From NCBI RefSeq assembly GCF_009914755.1, contig NC_060927.1: a DNA stretch of 64,000 nt, one strand, 5' to 3'. The DNA is from the human T2T-CHM13v2.0 reference genome, Homo sapiens. A program made the translations under genes and the position numbers. The notes under the pieces are model-generated. The model had not been told where the DNA came from. It saw only the letters and a program-made list of their open reading frames with translations, and ran no database searches. Below, piece by piece: positions 1 through 15,914 of the stretch (positions are counted from its first letter, which is position 1; each line of letters starts with the position of its first letter).

Positions 1-1420
1 TATATATTATATACTGTAGATAAAATATCAAAGTCCCCAAGGTATATATTCTATACTGTACAAAAAATATCAAAGTACACAAAGCATGTATTATATACTG
101 TACATAAAATATGAAATTACATCAAATATATATTATATTAGGTACATAAAATATGAAAGTACATCAAATATAGATTATATACTGTACATAAAATATCAAA
201 GTACCCCAAATATATATTATATACTGTACATGTAATATCAAAGTTCACAACTATATATTACATACTGTACATAAAATATCAAAGTACCCAAGGTATATAT
301 TCTATACTGTACAAAAAATATCAAAGTACCCAAAGCATGTATTATATACTGTACATAAAATATGAAAGTACATCAAATATATATTTTATTCTGTACATAA
401 AATATCAAAGTACACCAGATATATATTCTATAGTGTATATAAAATATCAAAGTACCCAAACTATACATTATATACTGTACATAAAATATGAAATTACATC
501 AAATATATATTATATTGGGTACATAAAATATGAAAGTACATGAAGTATAGATTATATACTGTACATAAAATATCAAAGTACCCCAAATTTATATTATATA
601 CTATACATGAAATATCAAAGTTCACAAACTATATATTATATACTGTACATAAAATATCAAAGTACCCAAGGTATATATTCTATAGTGTACAAAAAATATC
701 AAAGTACCCAAAGCATGTATTATATACCGTACATAAAATATAAAATTACATCAAATATATATTTTATTCTGTACATAAAATATCAAAGTACACCAGATAT
801 ATATTCTATAGAGTACATAAAATATCAAAGTACCCAAACTATACATTACATACTGTACATAAAATATGAAATTACATCAAATATATATTATAATAGGTAC
901 ATAAAATATGAAAGTACATGAAATATAGATTATATACTGTACATTAAATACGAAAGTACCCCAAATATATATTTTGTACTGTACATGAAATATCAAAGTA
1001 CCCAAGGTATATATTCTATACTGTACAAAAAATATCAAAGTACCCAAAGCATGTATTACAAACTGTACATAAAATATGAAAGTCCATCAAATAAATATTT
1101 TATTCTGTACATAAAATATCAAAGTACACCAGATATATATTCTATAGTGTACATAAAATATCAAAGTACCCAAACTATACATTATATACTGTACATAAAA
1201 TATGAAATTACATCAAATATATATTATATTAGGTACATAAAATATGAAAGTACATCAAATATAGATTATATACTGTACATTAAGTACCAAAGTACCCCAA
1301 ATATATATTTTATACTGTACATGAAATATCAAAGTTCACAAACTATATATTATATACTGTACATAAAATATCAAAGTACCCAAGGTATATATTCTATACT
1401 GTACAAAAAATATCAAAGTA
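1..1420 (+). repeat. Dispersed block duplicate of ~11400-12819 (offset 11399)
   Basis: Shares private variants ctgtagataa, aagtccccaagg, tacatgtaat, tattgggtac, tatagagtac, tattacaaac and agtccatcaaataaat. ORFs at 337/540/607 are identical to those at 11736/11939/12006, and the 985 and 12384 ORFs share the same start. Confidence 0.9.
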
Positions 1421-3160
1421 TCCAAAGCATGTATTATATACTGTATATAAAATATGAAAGTACATCAAATATATATTTTATTCTGTACATAAAATATCAA
1501 AGTACACCAGATATATATTCTATAGTGTACATAAAATATCAAAGTACCCAAACTATACATTATATACTGTACATAAAATATGAAATTACAGCAAATATAT
1601 ATTATATTAGGTACATAAAATATGAAAGTACATCAAATATAGATTATATACTCTACATTAAATACCAAAGTACCCCAAATATATATTTTATACTGTACAT
1701 GAAATATCAAAGTTCACAAACTATATATTATATACTGTACATAAAATATCAATGTACCCAAGGTATATATTCTATACTGCACAAAAAATATCAAAGTACC
1801 CAAAGCATGTATTATATACTGTATATAAAATATGAAAGTACATCAAATATATATTTTATTCTGTACATAAAATATCAAAGTACACCAGATATATATTCTA
1901 TAGTGTACATAAAATATCAAAGTACCCAAACTATACATTATATACTGTACATAAAATATGAAATTACATCAAATATATATTATATTAGGAACATAAAATA
2001 CGAAAGTACATCAAATATAGATTATATACTGTACATAAAATATGAAAGTACCCCAATATATATTATATACTCTACATGAAATATCAAAGTTCACAAACTA
2101 TATATTATGTACTGTACATAAAATATCAAACTACCCAAGGTATATATTCTATACTGTACAAAAAATATCAAAGTACCCAAAGCATGTATTATATAATGTA
2201 CATAAAATATGAAAGTACATCAAATATATATTTTATTCTGTACATAAAATATCAAAGAACACCAGATATATATTCTATAGTGTACATAAAATATCAAAGT
2301 ACCCAAACTATACATTATATACTGTACATAAAATATGAAATTACATCATATATATATTAGGTACATAAAATATGAAAGTACATCAAATATATATTTTATT
2401 CTGTACATAAAATATCAAAGTACACCAGATATATATTCTATAGTGTACATAAAATAACAAAGTACACAAACTATAAAATATATACTGTACATAAATATGA
2501 AATTACATCAAATATATATTAGGTACATAAAATATGAAAGTACATCAAATATAGATTATATACTGTACATATAATATCAATGTACCCGAAATATATATTT
2601 TATACTCTACATGAAATATCAAAGTTCACAAACCATATATTGTATACTGCACATAAAATATCAAAATACACAAGGTATATATTCTATACTGTACAAAAAA
2701 TATCAAAGTACCCAAAGCAGGTATTATATACTGTATATAAAATATGAAAGTACATCAAATATATATTTTATTCTGTACATAAAATATCAAAGTACACCAG
2801 ATATATATTCTATAGTGTACATAAAATATCAAGGTACCCAAACTATATATTATATACTGTACATAAAATATGAAATTACAGCAAATATATATTATATTAG
2901 GTACATAAAATATGAAAGTACATCAAATATAGATTATATACTGTACATTAAATACCAAAGTACCCCAAATATATATTTTATACTGTACATGAAATATCAA
3001 AGTTCACAAACTATATATTATATACTGTACATAAAATATCAATGTACCCAAGGTATATATTCTATACTGCACAAAAAATATCAAAGTACCCAAAGCATGT
3101 ATTATATACTGTATATAAAATATGAAAGTACATCAAATATATATTTTATTCTGTACATAA
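1420..3160 (+). repeat. Block duplicate of ~5295-7035 (offset 3874/3875)
   Basis: Shares private variants caaactacccaagg, ctataaaatatatact, aaatacacaagg and caaggtacccaaactatatat. ORF 2611 corresponds to 6486. The offset changes by 1 at the single-A deletion near 2493. Confidence 0.85.
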
Positions 3161-4143
3161 AATGTCAAAGTACACCAGATATATATTCTATAGTGTACAT
3201 AAAATATCAAAGTACCCAAACTATACATTATATACTGTACATAAAATATGAAATTACATCAAATATATATTAAGTACATAAAATATGAAAGTACATCAAA
3301 TATAGATTATATAGTGTACATAAAATATCAATGTACACCAAATATATATTATATACTCTACATGAAATATCAAAGTTCACAAACTATATATTATATACTG
3401 TCCATAAAATATCAAAGTACCCAAGGTATATATTTTATACTGTACAAAAAATATCAAAGTACCCAAAGCATGTATTATACACTATACCTAAAATATGAAA
3501 GTACATCAAATATATATTTTATTCTGTACATAAAATATCAAAGTACACCAGATATATATTCTACAGTGTATATAAAATATCAAAGTACCCAAACTATACA
3601 TTATATACTGTACATAAAATATGAAATTACATCAAATATATATTTTATTCTGTACATAAAATGTCAAAGTACACCAGATATATATTCTATAGTGTACATA
3701 AAATATCAAAGTACCCAAACTATACATTATATACTGTACATAAAATATGAAATTACATCAAATATATATTAAGTACATAAAATATGAAAGTACATCAAAT
3801 ATAGATTATATAGTGTACATAAAATATCAATGTACACCAAATATATATTATATACTCTACATGAAATATCAAAGTTCACAAACTATATATTATATACTGT
3901 CCATAAAATATCAAAGTACCCAAGGTATATATTTTATACTGTACAAAAAATATCAAAGTACCCAAAGCATGTATTATATACTATACCTAAAATATGAAAG
4001 TACATCAAATATATATTTTATTCTGTACATAAAATATCAAAGTACACCAGATATATATTCTACAGTGTATATAAAATATCAAAGTACCCAAACTATACAT
4101 TATATACTGTACATAAAATATGAAATTACATCAAATATATATT
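3129..4143 (+). repeat. Tandem duplication, 499-bp unit (12 monomers minus 5 bp)
   Basis: ORFs at 3248 and 3747 begin identically. Markers aaatgtcaaag, tattaagtac, ctgtccataa, ctatacctaa and ctacagtgtat each repeat at +499. Confidence 0.92.
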
Positions 4144-7100
4144 ATATTAGGTACATAAAATATGAAAGTACATGAAGTATAGATTATATACTGTACATAA
4201 AATATCAAAGTACCCCAAATTTATATTATATACTATACATGAAATATCAAAGTTCACAAACTATATATTATATACTGTACATAAAATATCAAATTACCCA
4301 AGGTATATATTCTATAGTGTACAAAAAATATCAAAGTACCCAAAGCATGTATTATATACCGTACGTAAAATATAAAATTACATCAAATATATATTTTATT
4401 CTGTACATAAAATATCAAAGTACACCAGATATATATACTATAGTGTACATAAAATATCAAAGTACCCAAACTATACATTATACACTGCACATAAAATATG
4501 AAATTACATCAAATATATATTAGGTACATAAAATATGAAAGTACTTCAAATATAGATTATATACTGTAAATATAATATCAATGTACCCCAAATATATATT
4601 TTATACTCTACATGAAATATCAAAGTTCACAAACCATATATTATATACTGTAAATAAAATATCAAAGTACCCAAGGTATATATTCTATACTGTACAAAAA
4701 ATATCAAAGTACCCAAAGCATGTATTATATACTGTACATAAAATATGAAAGTACATCAAATATATATTTTATTCTGTACATAAAATATCAAAGTACACCA
4801 GATATATATTCTATAGTGTACATAAAATAACAAAGTACACAAACTATAAATTATATCCTGTACATAAAATATGAAATTACATCAAATATATATTAGGTAC
4901 ATAAAATATGAAAGTACATCAAATATAGATTATATACTGTACATTAAGTACCAAAGTACACCAAATATATATTTTATTCTGTACATAAAATATCAAAGTA
5001 CACCAGATATATATTCTATAGTGTACATAAAATATCAAAGTACCCAAACTATACATTATATACTGTACATAAAATATGAAATTACAGCAAATATATATTA
5101 TATTAGGTACATGAAATATGAAAGTACATCAAATATAGATTATATACTGTACATAAAATATGAAAGTACCCCAAATATATATTATATACTCTACATGAAA
5201 TATCAAAGTTCACAAACTATATATTATATACTGTACATAAAATATCAAAGTACCCAAGGTATATATTCTATACTGTACAAAAAATATCAAAGTATCCAAA
5301 GCATGTATTATATACTGTATATAAAATATGAAAGTACATCAAATATATATTTTATTCTGTACATAAAATATCAAAGTACACCAGATATATATTCTATAGT
5401 GTACATAAAATATCAAAGTACCCAAACTATACATTATATACTGTACATAAAATATGAAATTACAGCAAATATATATTATATTAGGTACATAAAATATGAA
5501 AGTACATCAAATATAGATTATATACTCTACATTAAATACCAAAGTACCCCAAATATATATTTTATACTGTACATGAAATATCAAAGTTCACAAACTATAT
5601 ATTATATACTGTACATAAAATATCAATGTACCCAAGGTATATATTCTATACTGCACAAAAAATATCAAAGTACCCAAAGCATGTATTATATACTGTATAT
5701 AAAATATGAAAGTACATCAAATATATATTTTATTCTGTACATAAAATATCAAAGTACACCAGATATATATTCTATAGTGTACATAAAATATCAAAGTACC
5801 CAAACTATACATTATATACTGTACATAAAATATGAAATTACATCAAATATATATTATATTAGGTACATAAAATACGAAAGTACATCAAATATAGATTATA
5901 TACTGTACATAAAATATGAAAGTACCCCAATATATATTATATACTCTACATGAAATATCAAAGTTCACAAACTATATATTATGTACTGTACATAAAATAT
6001 CAAACTACCCAAGGTATATATTCTATACTGTACAAAAAATATCAAAGTACCCAAAGCATGTATTATATAATGTAAATAAAATATGAAAGTACATCAAATA
6101 TATATTTTATTCTGTACATAAAATATCAAAGAACACCAGATATATATTCTATAGTGTACATAAAATATCAAAGTACCCAAACTATACATTATATACTGTA
6201 CATAAAATATGAAATTACATCATATATATATTAGGTACATAAAATATGAAAGTACATCAAATATATATTTTATTCTGTACATAAAATATCAAAGTACACC
6301 AGATATATATTCTATAGTGTACATAAAATAACAAAGTACACAAACTATAAAATATATACTGTACATAAAATATGAAATTACATCAAATATATATTAGGTA
6401 CATAAAATATGAAAGTACATCAAATATAGATTATATACTGTACATATAATATCAATGTACCCGAAATATATATTTTATACTCTACATGAAATATCAAAGT
6501 TCACAAACCATATATTGTATACTGCACATAAAATATCAAAATACACAAGGTATATATTCTATACTGTACAAAAAATATCAAAGTACCCAAAGCAGGTATT
6601 ATATACTGTATATAAAATATGAAAGTACATCAAATATATATTTTATTCTGTACATAAAATATCAAAGTACACCAGATATATATTCTATAGTGTACATAAA
6701 ATATCAAGGTACCCAAACTATATATTATATACTGTACATAAAATATGAAATTACAGCAAATATATATTATATTAGGTACATAAAATATGAAAGTACATCA
6801 AATATAGATTATATACTGTACATTAAATACCAAAGTACCCCAAATATATATTTTATACTGTACATGAAATATCAAAGTTCACAAACTATATATTATATAC
6901 TGTACATAAAATATCAATGTACCCAAGGTATATATTCTATACTGCACAAAAAATATCAAAGTACCCAAAGCATGTATTATATACGGTATATAAAATATGA
7001 AAGTACATCAAATATATATTTTATTCTGTACATAAAATATCAAAGTACACCAGATATATATTCTATAGTGTACATAAAATATCAAAGTACCCAAACTATA

Positions 7101-8721
7101 CATTATATACTGTACATAAATATGAAATTACATCAAATATATATTATATTAGGTACATAAAATATGAAAGTACATGAAGTATAGATTATATACTGTAGAT
7201 AAAATATCAAAGTACCCCAAATTTATATTATATACTATACATGAAATATCAAAGTTCACAAACTATATATTATATACTGTTCATAAAATATCAAAGTACC
7301 CAAGGTATATATTCTATAGTGTACAAAAAATATCAAAGTACCCAAAGCATGTATTATATACCGTACATAAAATATAAAATTACATCAAATATATATTTTA
7401 TTCTGTACATAAAATATCAAAATACACCAGATATATATACTATAGTGTACATAAAATATCAAAGTACCCAAACTATACATTATACACTGTACATAAAATA
7501 TGAAATTACATCAAATATATATTAGGTACATAAAATATGAAAGTACATCAAATATAGATTATATACTGTAAATATTATATCAATGTACCCCAAATATATA
7601 TTTTATACTCTACATGAAATATCAAAGTTCACAAACCATATATTATATACTGTACATAAAATATCAAAGTACCCAAGGTATATATTCTATACTGAACAAA
7701 AAATATCAAAGTACCCAAAGCATGTATTATATACTGTACATAAAATATGAAAGTACATCAAATATATATTTTATTCTGTACATAAAATATCAAAGTACAC
7801 CAGATATATATTCTATAGTGTACATAAAATATCAAAGTACCCAAACTATACATTATATACTGTACATAAAATATGAAATTACATCAAATATATATTATAT
7901 TTGGTACATGAAATATGAAAGTACATCAAATATAGATTATATACTGTACATAAAATATGAAAGTACCCCAAATATATATTATATACTCTACATGAAATAT
8001 CAAAGTTCACAAACTATATATTATATACTGTACATAAAATATCAAAGTACCCAAGGTATATATTCTATACTGTACAAAAAATATCAAAGTATCCAAAGCA
8101 TGTATTATATACTGTATATAAAATATGAAAGTACATGAAATATATATTTTATTCCGTACATAAAATATCAAAGTACACCAGATATATATTCTATAGTGTA
8201 CATAAAATATCAAAGTACCCAAACTATACATTATATACTGTACATAAAATATGAAATTACAGCAAATATATATTATATTAGGTACATAAAATATGAAAGT
8301 ACATCAAATATAGATTATATACTGTACATTAAATACCAAAGTACCCCAAATATATATTTTATACTGTACATGAAATATCAAAGTTCACAAACTATATATT
8401 ATATACTGTACATAAAATATCAATGTACACAAGGTATATATTCTATACTGCACAAAAAATATCAAAGTACCCAAAGCATGTATTATATACTGTATATAAA
8501 ATATGAAAGTACATCAAATATATATTTTATTCTGTACATAAAATATCAAAGTACACCAGATATATATTCTATAGTGTACATAAAATAACAAAGTACACAA
8601 ACTATAAATTATATCCTGTACATAAAATATGAAATTACATCAAATATATATTAGGTACATAAATTATGAAAGTACATCAAATATAGATTATATACTGTAC
8701 ATTAAGTACCAAAGTACACCA

Positions 8722-11700
8722 AATATATATTTTATACTCTACATGAAATATCAAAGTTCACAAACCATATATTATATACTGTGCATAAAATATCAAAGTA
8801 CCCAAGGTATATATTCTATACTGTACAAAAAATATCAAAGTACCCAAAGCATGTATTATATACTATACATAAAATATGAAATTACATCAAATATATATTT
8901 TATTCTGTACATAAAATATCAAAGTACACCAGATATATATTCTATAGTGTACATAAAATATCAAAGTACCCAAACTATACATTATATACTGTACATAAAA
9001 TGTGAAATTACATAAAATATATATTATATTAGGTACATAAAATATGAAAGTACATCAAATATAGATTATATACTGTACATTAAATACCAATATACCCCAA
9101 ATATATATTTTATACTGTACATGAAATATCAAAGTTCACACACTATATATTATATACTGTACATAAAATATCAAAGTACCCAAGGTATATATTCTATACT
9201 GTACAAAAAACATCAAAGTACCCAAAGCATGTATTATATACTGTACATAAAATATGAAAGTACATCAAATATATATTTTATTCTGTACATAAAATATCAA
9301 AGTACACCAGATATATATTCTATAGTGTACATAAAATAACAAAGTACCCAAACTATACATTATATACTGTACATAAAATATGAAATTATATCAAATATAT
9401 ATTATATTAGGTACATAAAATAAGAAAGTACATCAAATATAGATTATATACTGTACATAAAATATCAAAGTACCCCAAATATATATTATATACTCTACAT
9501 GAAATATCAAAGTTCACAAACTATATATTATATACTGTACATAAAATATCAAAGTACCCAAGGTATATATTCTATACTGTACAAAAAATATCAAAGTATC
9601 CAAAGCATGATTTATATACTGTATATAAAATATGAAAGTACATTAAAGATATATTTTATTCTGTACATAAAATATCAAAATACACCAGATATATATTCTA
9701 TAGTGTACATAAAATAACAAAGTACACAAACTATAAATTATATACTGTACATAAAATATGAAATTACATCAAATATATATTAGGTACATAAAATATGAAA
9801 GTACATCAAATATAGATTATATACTGTACATATAATATCAATGTACCCCAAATATATATTTTATACTCTACATGAAATATCAAAGTTCACAAACCATACA
9901 TTATATACTGTACATAAAATATCAAAGTACCCAAGTTATATATTCTATACTGTACAAAAGATATCAAAGTACCCAAAGCATGTATTATATACTGTATATA
10001 AAATATGAAAGTACATCAAATATATATTATATACTGTACATAAAATATCAAAGTACACCAGATATATATTTTATAGTGTTCATAAAATATCAAAGTACCC
10101 AAACTATACATTATATACTGAACATAAAATATGAGATTACATCAAATATATATTATATTAGGTACATAAAATATGAAAGTACATCAGATATAGATTATAT
10201 ACTGTACATACAATATCAAAGTACCCCAAATATATATTATATACTCTACATGAAATATCAAAGTTCACAAACTATATATTATATACTGTACATAAAATAT
10301 CAAAGTACCCAAGGTATATATTCTATACTGTACAAAAAATATCAAAATACCCAAAGCATGTATTATATACTGTATATAAAATATGAAAATACATTAAATA
10401 TATATTTTTTCTGTACATAAAATATCAAAGTACACCAGATATATATTCTATAGTGTACATAAAATAACAAAGTACACAAACTATAAATTATATACTGTAC
10501 GTAAAATATGAAATTACATCAAATATATATTAGGTACATAAAATATGAAAGTACATCAAATATAGATTATATACTGTACATATAATATCAGTGTACCCCA
10601 AATATATATTTTATACTCTACCTGAAATATCAAAGTTCACAAACCATACATTATATACTTTCCATAAAATATCAAAGTACCCATGGCATATATTCTATAC
10701 TGTACAAAAGATATCAAAGTACCCAAAGCATGTATTATATACTGTACATAAAATATGAAAGTACATCAAATATATATTTTATTCTGTACATAAAATATCA
10801 AAGTACACCAGATATATATTCTATAGTGTACATAAAATATCAAAGTACCCAAACTATATATTATATACTGTACATAAAATATGAAATTACATCAAATATG
10901 TATTATATTAGGTACATAAAATATGAAAGTACATCAAATATAGATTATATACCGTACATAAAATATCAAAGTACCCCAAATATATATTATGTACTATACA
11001 TGAAATATCAAATATCACAAACTATATATTATATACTGTACATAAAATATCAAAGTACCCAATGTATATATTCTATAGTGTACAAAAAATATCAAAGTAC
11101 CCAAAGCATGTATTATATACTGTACATAAAATATAAAAGTACATCAAATATATATTTTATTCTGTACATAAAATATGAAAGTACACCAGATATATATTCT
11201 ATAGTGTACATAAAATATCAAAGTACCCAAACTATACATTATATACGGTACATAAAATATGAAATTACATCAAATATATATTATATTAGGTACTTAAAAT
11301 ATGAAAGTACATCAAATATAGATTATATACTGTACATAAAATATCAAAGTACCCCAAATATATATTATATACTGTACATGAAATATCAAAGTTCACAACT
11401 ATATATTATATACTGTAGATAAAATATCAAAGTCCCCAAGGTATATATTCTATACTGTACAAAAAATATCAAAGTACACAAAGCATGTATTATATACTGT
11501 ACATAAAATATGAAATTACATCAAATATATATTATATTAGGTACATAAAATATGAAAGTACATCAAATATAGATTATATACTGTACATAAAATATCAAAG
11601 TACCCCAAATATATATTATATACTGTACATGTAATATCAAAGTTCACAACTATATATTACATACTGTACATAAAATATCAAAGTACCCAAGGTATATATT

Positions 11701-13780
11701 CTATACTGTACAAAAAATATCAAAGTACCCAAAGCATGTATTATATACTGTACATAAAATATGAAAGTACATCAAATATATATTTTATTCTGTACATAAA
11801 ATATCAAAGTACACCAGATATATATTCTATAGTGTATATAAAATATCAAAGTACCCAAACTATACATTATATACTGTACATAAAATATGAAATTACATCA
11901 AATATATATTATATTGGGTACATAAAATATGAAAGTACATGAAGTATAGATTATATACTGTACATAAAATATCAAAGTACCCCAAATTTATATTATATAC
12001 TATACATGAAATATCAAAGTTCACAAACTATATATTATATACTGTACATAAAATATCAAAGTACCCAAGGTATATATTCTATAGTGTACAAAAAATATCA
12101 AAGTACCCAAAGCATGTATTATATACCGTACATAAAATATAAAATTACATCAAATATATATTTTATTCTGTACATAAAATATCAAAGTACACCAGATATA
12201 TATTCTATAGAGTACATAAAATATCAAAGTACCCAAACTATACATTACATACTGTACATAAAATATGAAATTACATCAAATATATATTATAATAGGTACA
12301 TAAAATATGAAAGTACATGAAATATAGATTATATACTGTACATTAAATACGAAAGTACCCCAAATATATATTTTGTACTGTACATGAAATATCAAAGTAC
12401 CCAAGGTATATATTCTATACTGTACAAAAAATATCAAAGTACCCAAAGCATGTATTACAAACTGTACATAAAATATGAAAGTCCATCAAATAAATATTTT
12501 ATTCTGTACATAAAATATCAAAGTACACCAGATATATATTCTATAGTGTACATAAAATATCAAAGTACCCAAACTATACATTATATACTGTACATAAAAT
12601 ATGAAATTACATCAAATATATATTATATTAGGTACATAAAATATGAAAGTACATCAAATATAGATTATATACTGTACATTAAGTACCAAAGTACCCCAAA
12701 TATATATTTTATACTGTACATGAAATATCAAAGTTCACAAACTATATATTATATACTGTACATAAAATATCAAAGTACCCAAGGTATATATTCTATACTG
12801 TACAAAAAATATCAAAGTACCCAAAGCATGTATTATATACTGTACATAAAGTATGAAAGTACATCAAATATATATTTTATTCTGTACATAAAATATCGAG
12901 GTACACCAGATATATATTCTATAGTGTACATAAAATATCAAAGTACCCAAACTATAAATTATATACTGTACATAAAATATGAAATTACATCAAATATATA
13001 TTATATTAGGTACATAAAATATGAAAGTACATCAAATATAGATTATATACTCTACATTAAATACCAAAGTACCCCAAATATATATTTTATACTGTACATG
13101 AAATATCAAAGTTCACAAAGTATATATTATATACTGTACATAAAATATCAAAGTACCCAAGGTATATATTCTATAATGTACAAAAGATATCAAAGTACCC
13201 AAAGCATGTATTATATACTGTACATAAAATATGAAAGTACATCATATATATATTTTATTCTGTACATAAAATATTAAAGTACACCAGATATATATTCTAT
13301 AGTGTACATAAAATATCAAAGTACCCAAACTATACATTATATACTGTACATAAAATATGAAATTACATCAAATATATATTAAGTACATAAAATGTGAAAG
13401 TACATCAAATATGGATTATATACTGTACATAAAATATCAATGTACACCAAATATATATTATATACTCTACATGAAATATCAAAGTTCACAAACTATATAT
13501 TGTATACTGTCCATAAAATATCAAAGTACCCAAGGTATATATTCTATACTGTACAAAAAATATCAAAGTACCCAAAGCATGTATTATATACTGTACCTAA
13601 AATATGAAAGTACATCAAATATATATTTTATTCTGTACATAAAATATCAAAGTACACCAGATATATATTCTATAGTGTATATAAAATATGAAAGTACCCA
13701 AACTATACGTTATGTACTGTACATAAAATATGAAATTACATCAAATATATATTATATTAGGTACATAAAATATGAAAGTA
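8722..13780 (+). repeat. ~5-kb block duplicated at ~27678-32737 (offset 18956/18957); its first ~2.6 kb also at ~17577-20229 (offset 8855/8856)
   Basis: Shared ordered markers ctgtgcataa, ccaatatacc, ttcacacact, aaaacatcaa, cattaaagat, ccaagttata, ccatggcata and ggtacttaaa. ORF pairs 9499/18354/28455, 9872/18727/28828, 11736/30693, 13357/32314. Confidence 0.88.
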
Positions 13781-15914
13781 CATCAAATATAGATTATATA
13801 CTGTACATAAAATATCAAAGTACCCCGAATATATATTATATACTCTACATGAAATATCAAAGTTCACAAACTATATATTATATACTGTACATAAAATATC
13901 AAAGTACCCAAGGTATATATTCTATACTGTACAAAAAATATCAAGGTACCCAAAGCATGTATTATATACTGTACATAAAATATGAAAGTACATCAAATAT
14001 ATATTTTATTCTGTACATAAAATATCAAAGTACACCAGATATATATTCTATAGTGTATATAAAATATCAAAGTACCCAAACTATACATTATATACTGTAC
14101 ATAAAATATGAAATTACATCAAATATATATTATATTAGGTACATAAAATATGAAAGTACATGAAGTATAGATTATATACTGTACATAAAATATCAAAGTA
14201 CCCCAAATTTATATTATATACTATACATGAAATATCAAAGTTCACAAACTATATATTATATACTGTACATAAAATATCAAAGTACCCAAGGTATATATTC
14301 TATAGTGTACAAAAAATATCAAAGTACCCAAAGCATGTATTATATACCGTACATAAAATATAAAATTACATCAAATATATATTTTATTCTGTACATAAAA
14401 TATCAAAGTACACCAGATATATATACTATAGTGTACATAAAATATCAAAGTACCCAAACTATACATTATACACTGTACATAAAATATGAAATTACATCAA
14501 ATATATATTAGGTACATAAAATATGAAAGTACATCAAATATAGATTATATACTGTAAATATAATATCAATGTACCCCAAATATATATTTTATACTCTACA
14601 TGAAATATCAAAGTTCACAAACCATATATTATATACTGTACATAAAATATCAAAGTACCCAAGGTATATATTCTATACTGTACAAAAAATATCAAAGTAC
14701 CCAAAGCATGTATTATATACTGTATATAAAATATGAAAGTACATCAAATATATATTTTATTCTGTACATAAAATATCAAAGTACACCAGATATATATTCT
14801 ATAGTGTACATAAAATATCAAAGTACCCAAACTATACATTATATACTGTACATAAAATATGAAATTACATCAAATATATATTATATTAGGTACATGAAAT
14901 ATGAAAGTACATCAAATATAGATTATATACTGTACATAAAATATGAAAGTACCCCAAATATATATTATATACTCTACATGAAATATCAAAGTTCACAAAC
15001 TATATATTATATACTGTACATAAAATATCAAAGTACCCAAGGTATATATTCTATACTGTACAAAAAATATCAAAGTATCCAAAGCATGTATTATATAGTG
15101 TATATAAAATATGAAATTACATCAAATATATATTTTATTCTGTACATAAAATATCAAAGTACACCAGATATATATTCTATAGTGTACATAAAATATCAAA
15201 GTACCCAAACTATACATTATATACTGTACATAAAATATGAAATTACAGCAAATATATATTATATTAGGTACATAAAATATGAAAGTACATCAAATATAGA
15301 TTATATACTGTACATTAAATACCAAAGTACCCCAAATATATATTTTATACTGTACATGAAATATCAAAGTTCACAAACTATATATTATATACTGTACATA
15401 AAATATCAATGTACCCAAGGTATATATTCTATACTGCACAAAAAATATCAAAGTACCCAAAGCATGTATTATATACTGCATATAAAATAGGAAAGTACAT
15501 CAAATGTATATTTTATTCTGTACATAAAATATCAAAGTACACCAGATATATATTCTATAGTGTACATAAAATAACAAAGTACACAAACTATAAATTATAT
15601 CCTGTACATAAAATATGAAATTACATCAAATATATAGTAGGTACATAAAATATGAAAGTACATCAAATATAGATTATATACTGTACATAAAATATCAATG
15701 TACCCCAAATATATATTTTATACTCTACATGAAATATCAAAGTTCACAAACCATATATTATATACTGTACATAAAATATTAAATACCCAAGGTATATATT
15801 CTATACTATACAAAAAATATCAAAGTACCCAAAGCATGTATTATATACTGTACATAAAATATGAAAGTACATCAAATATATATTTTATTCTGTACATAAA
15901 ATATCAAAGTACAC

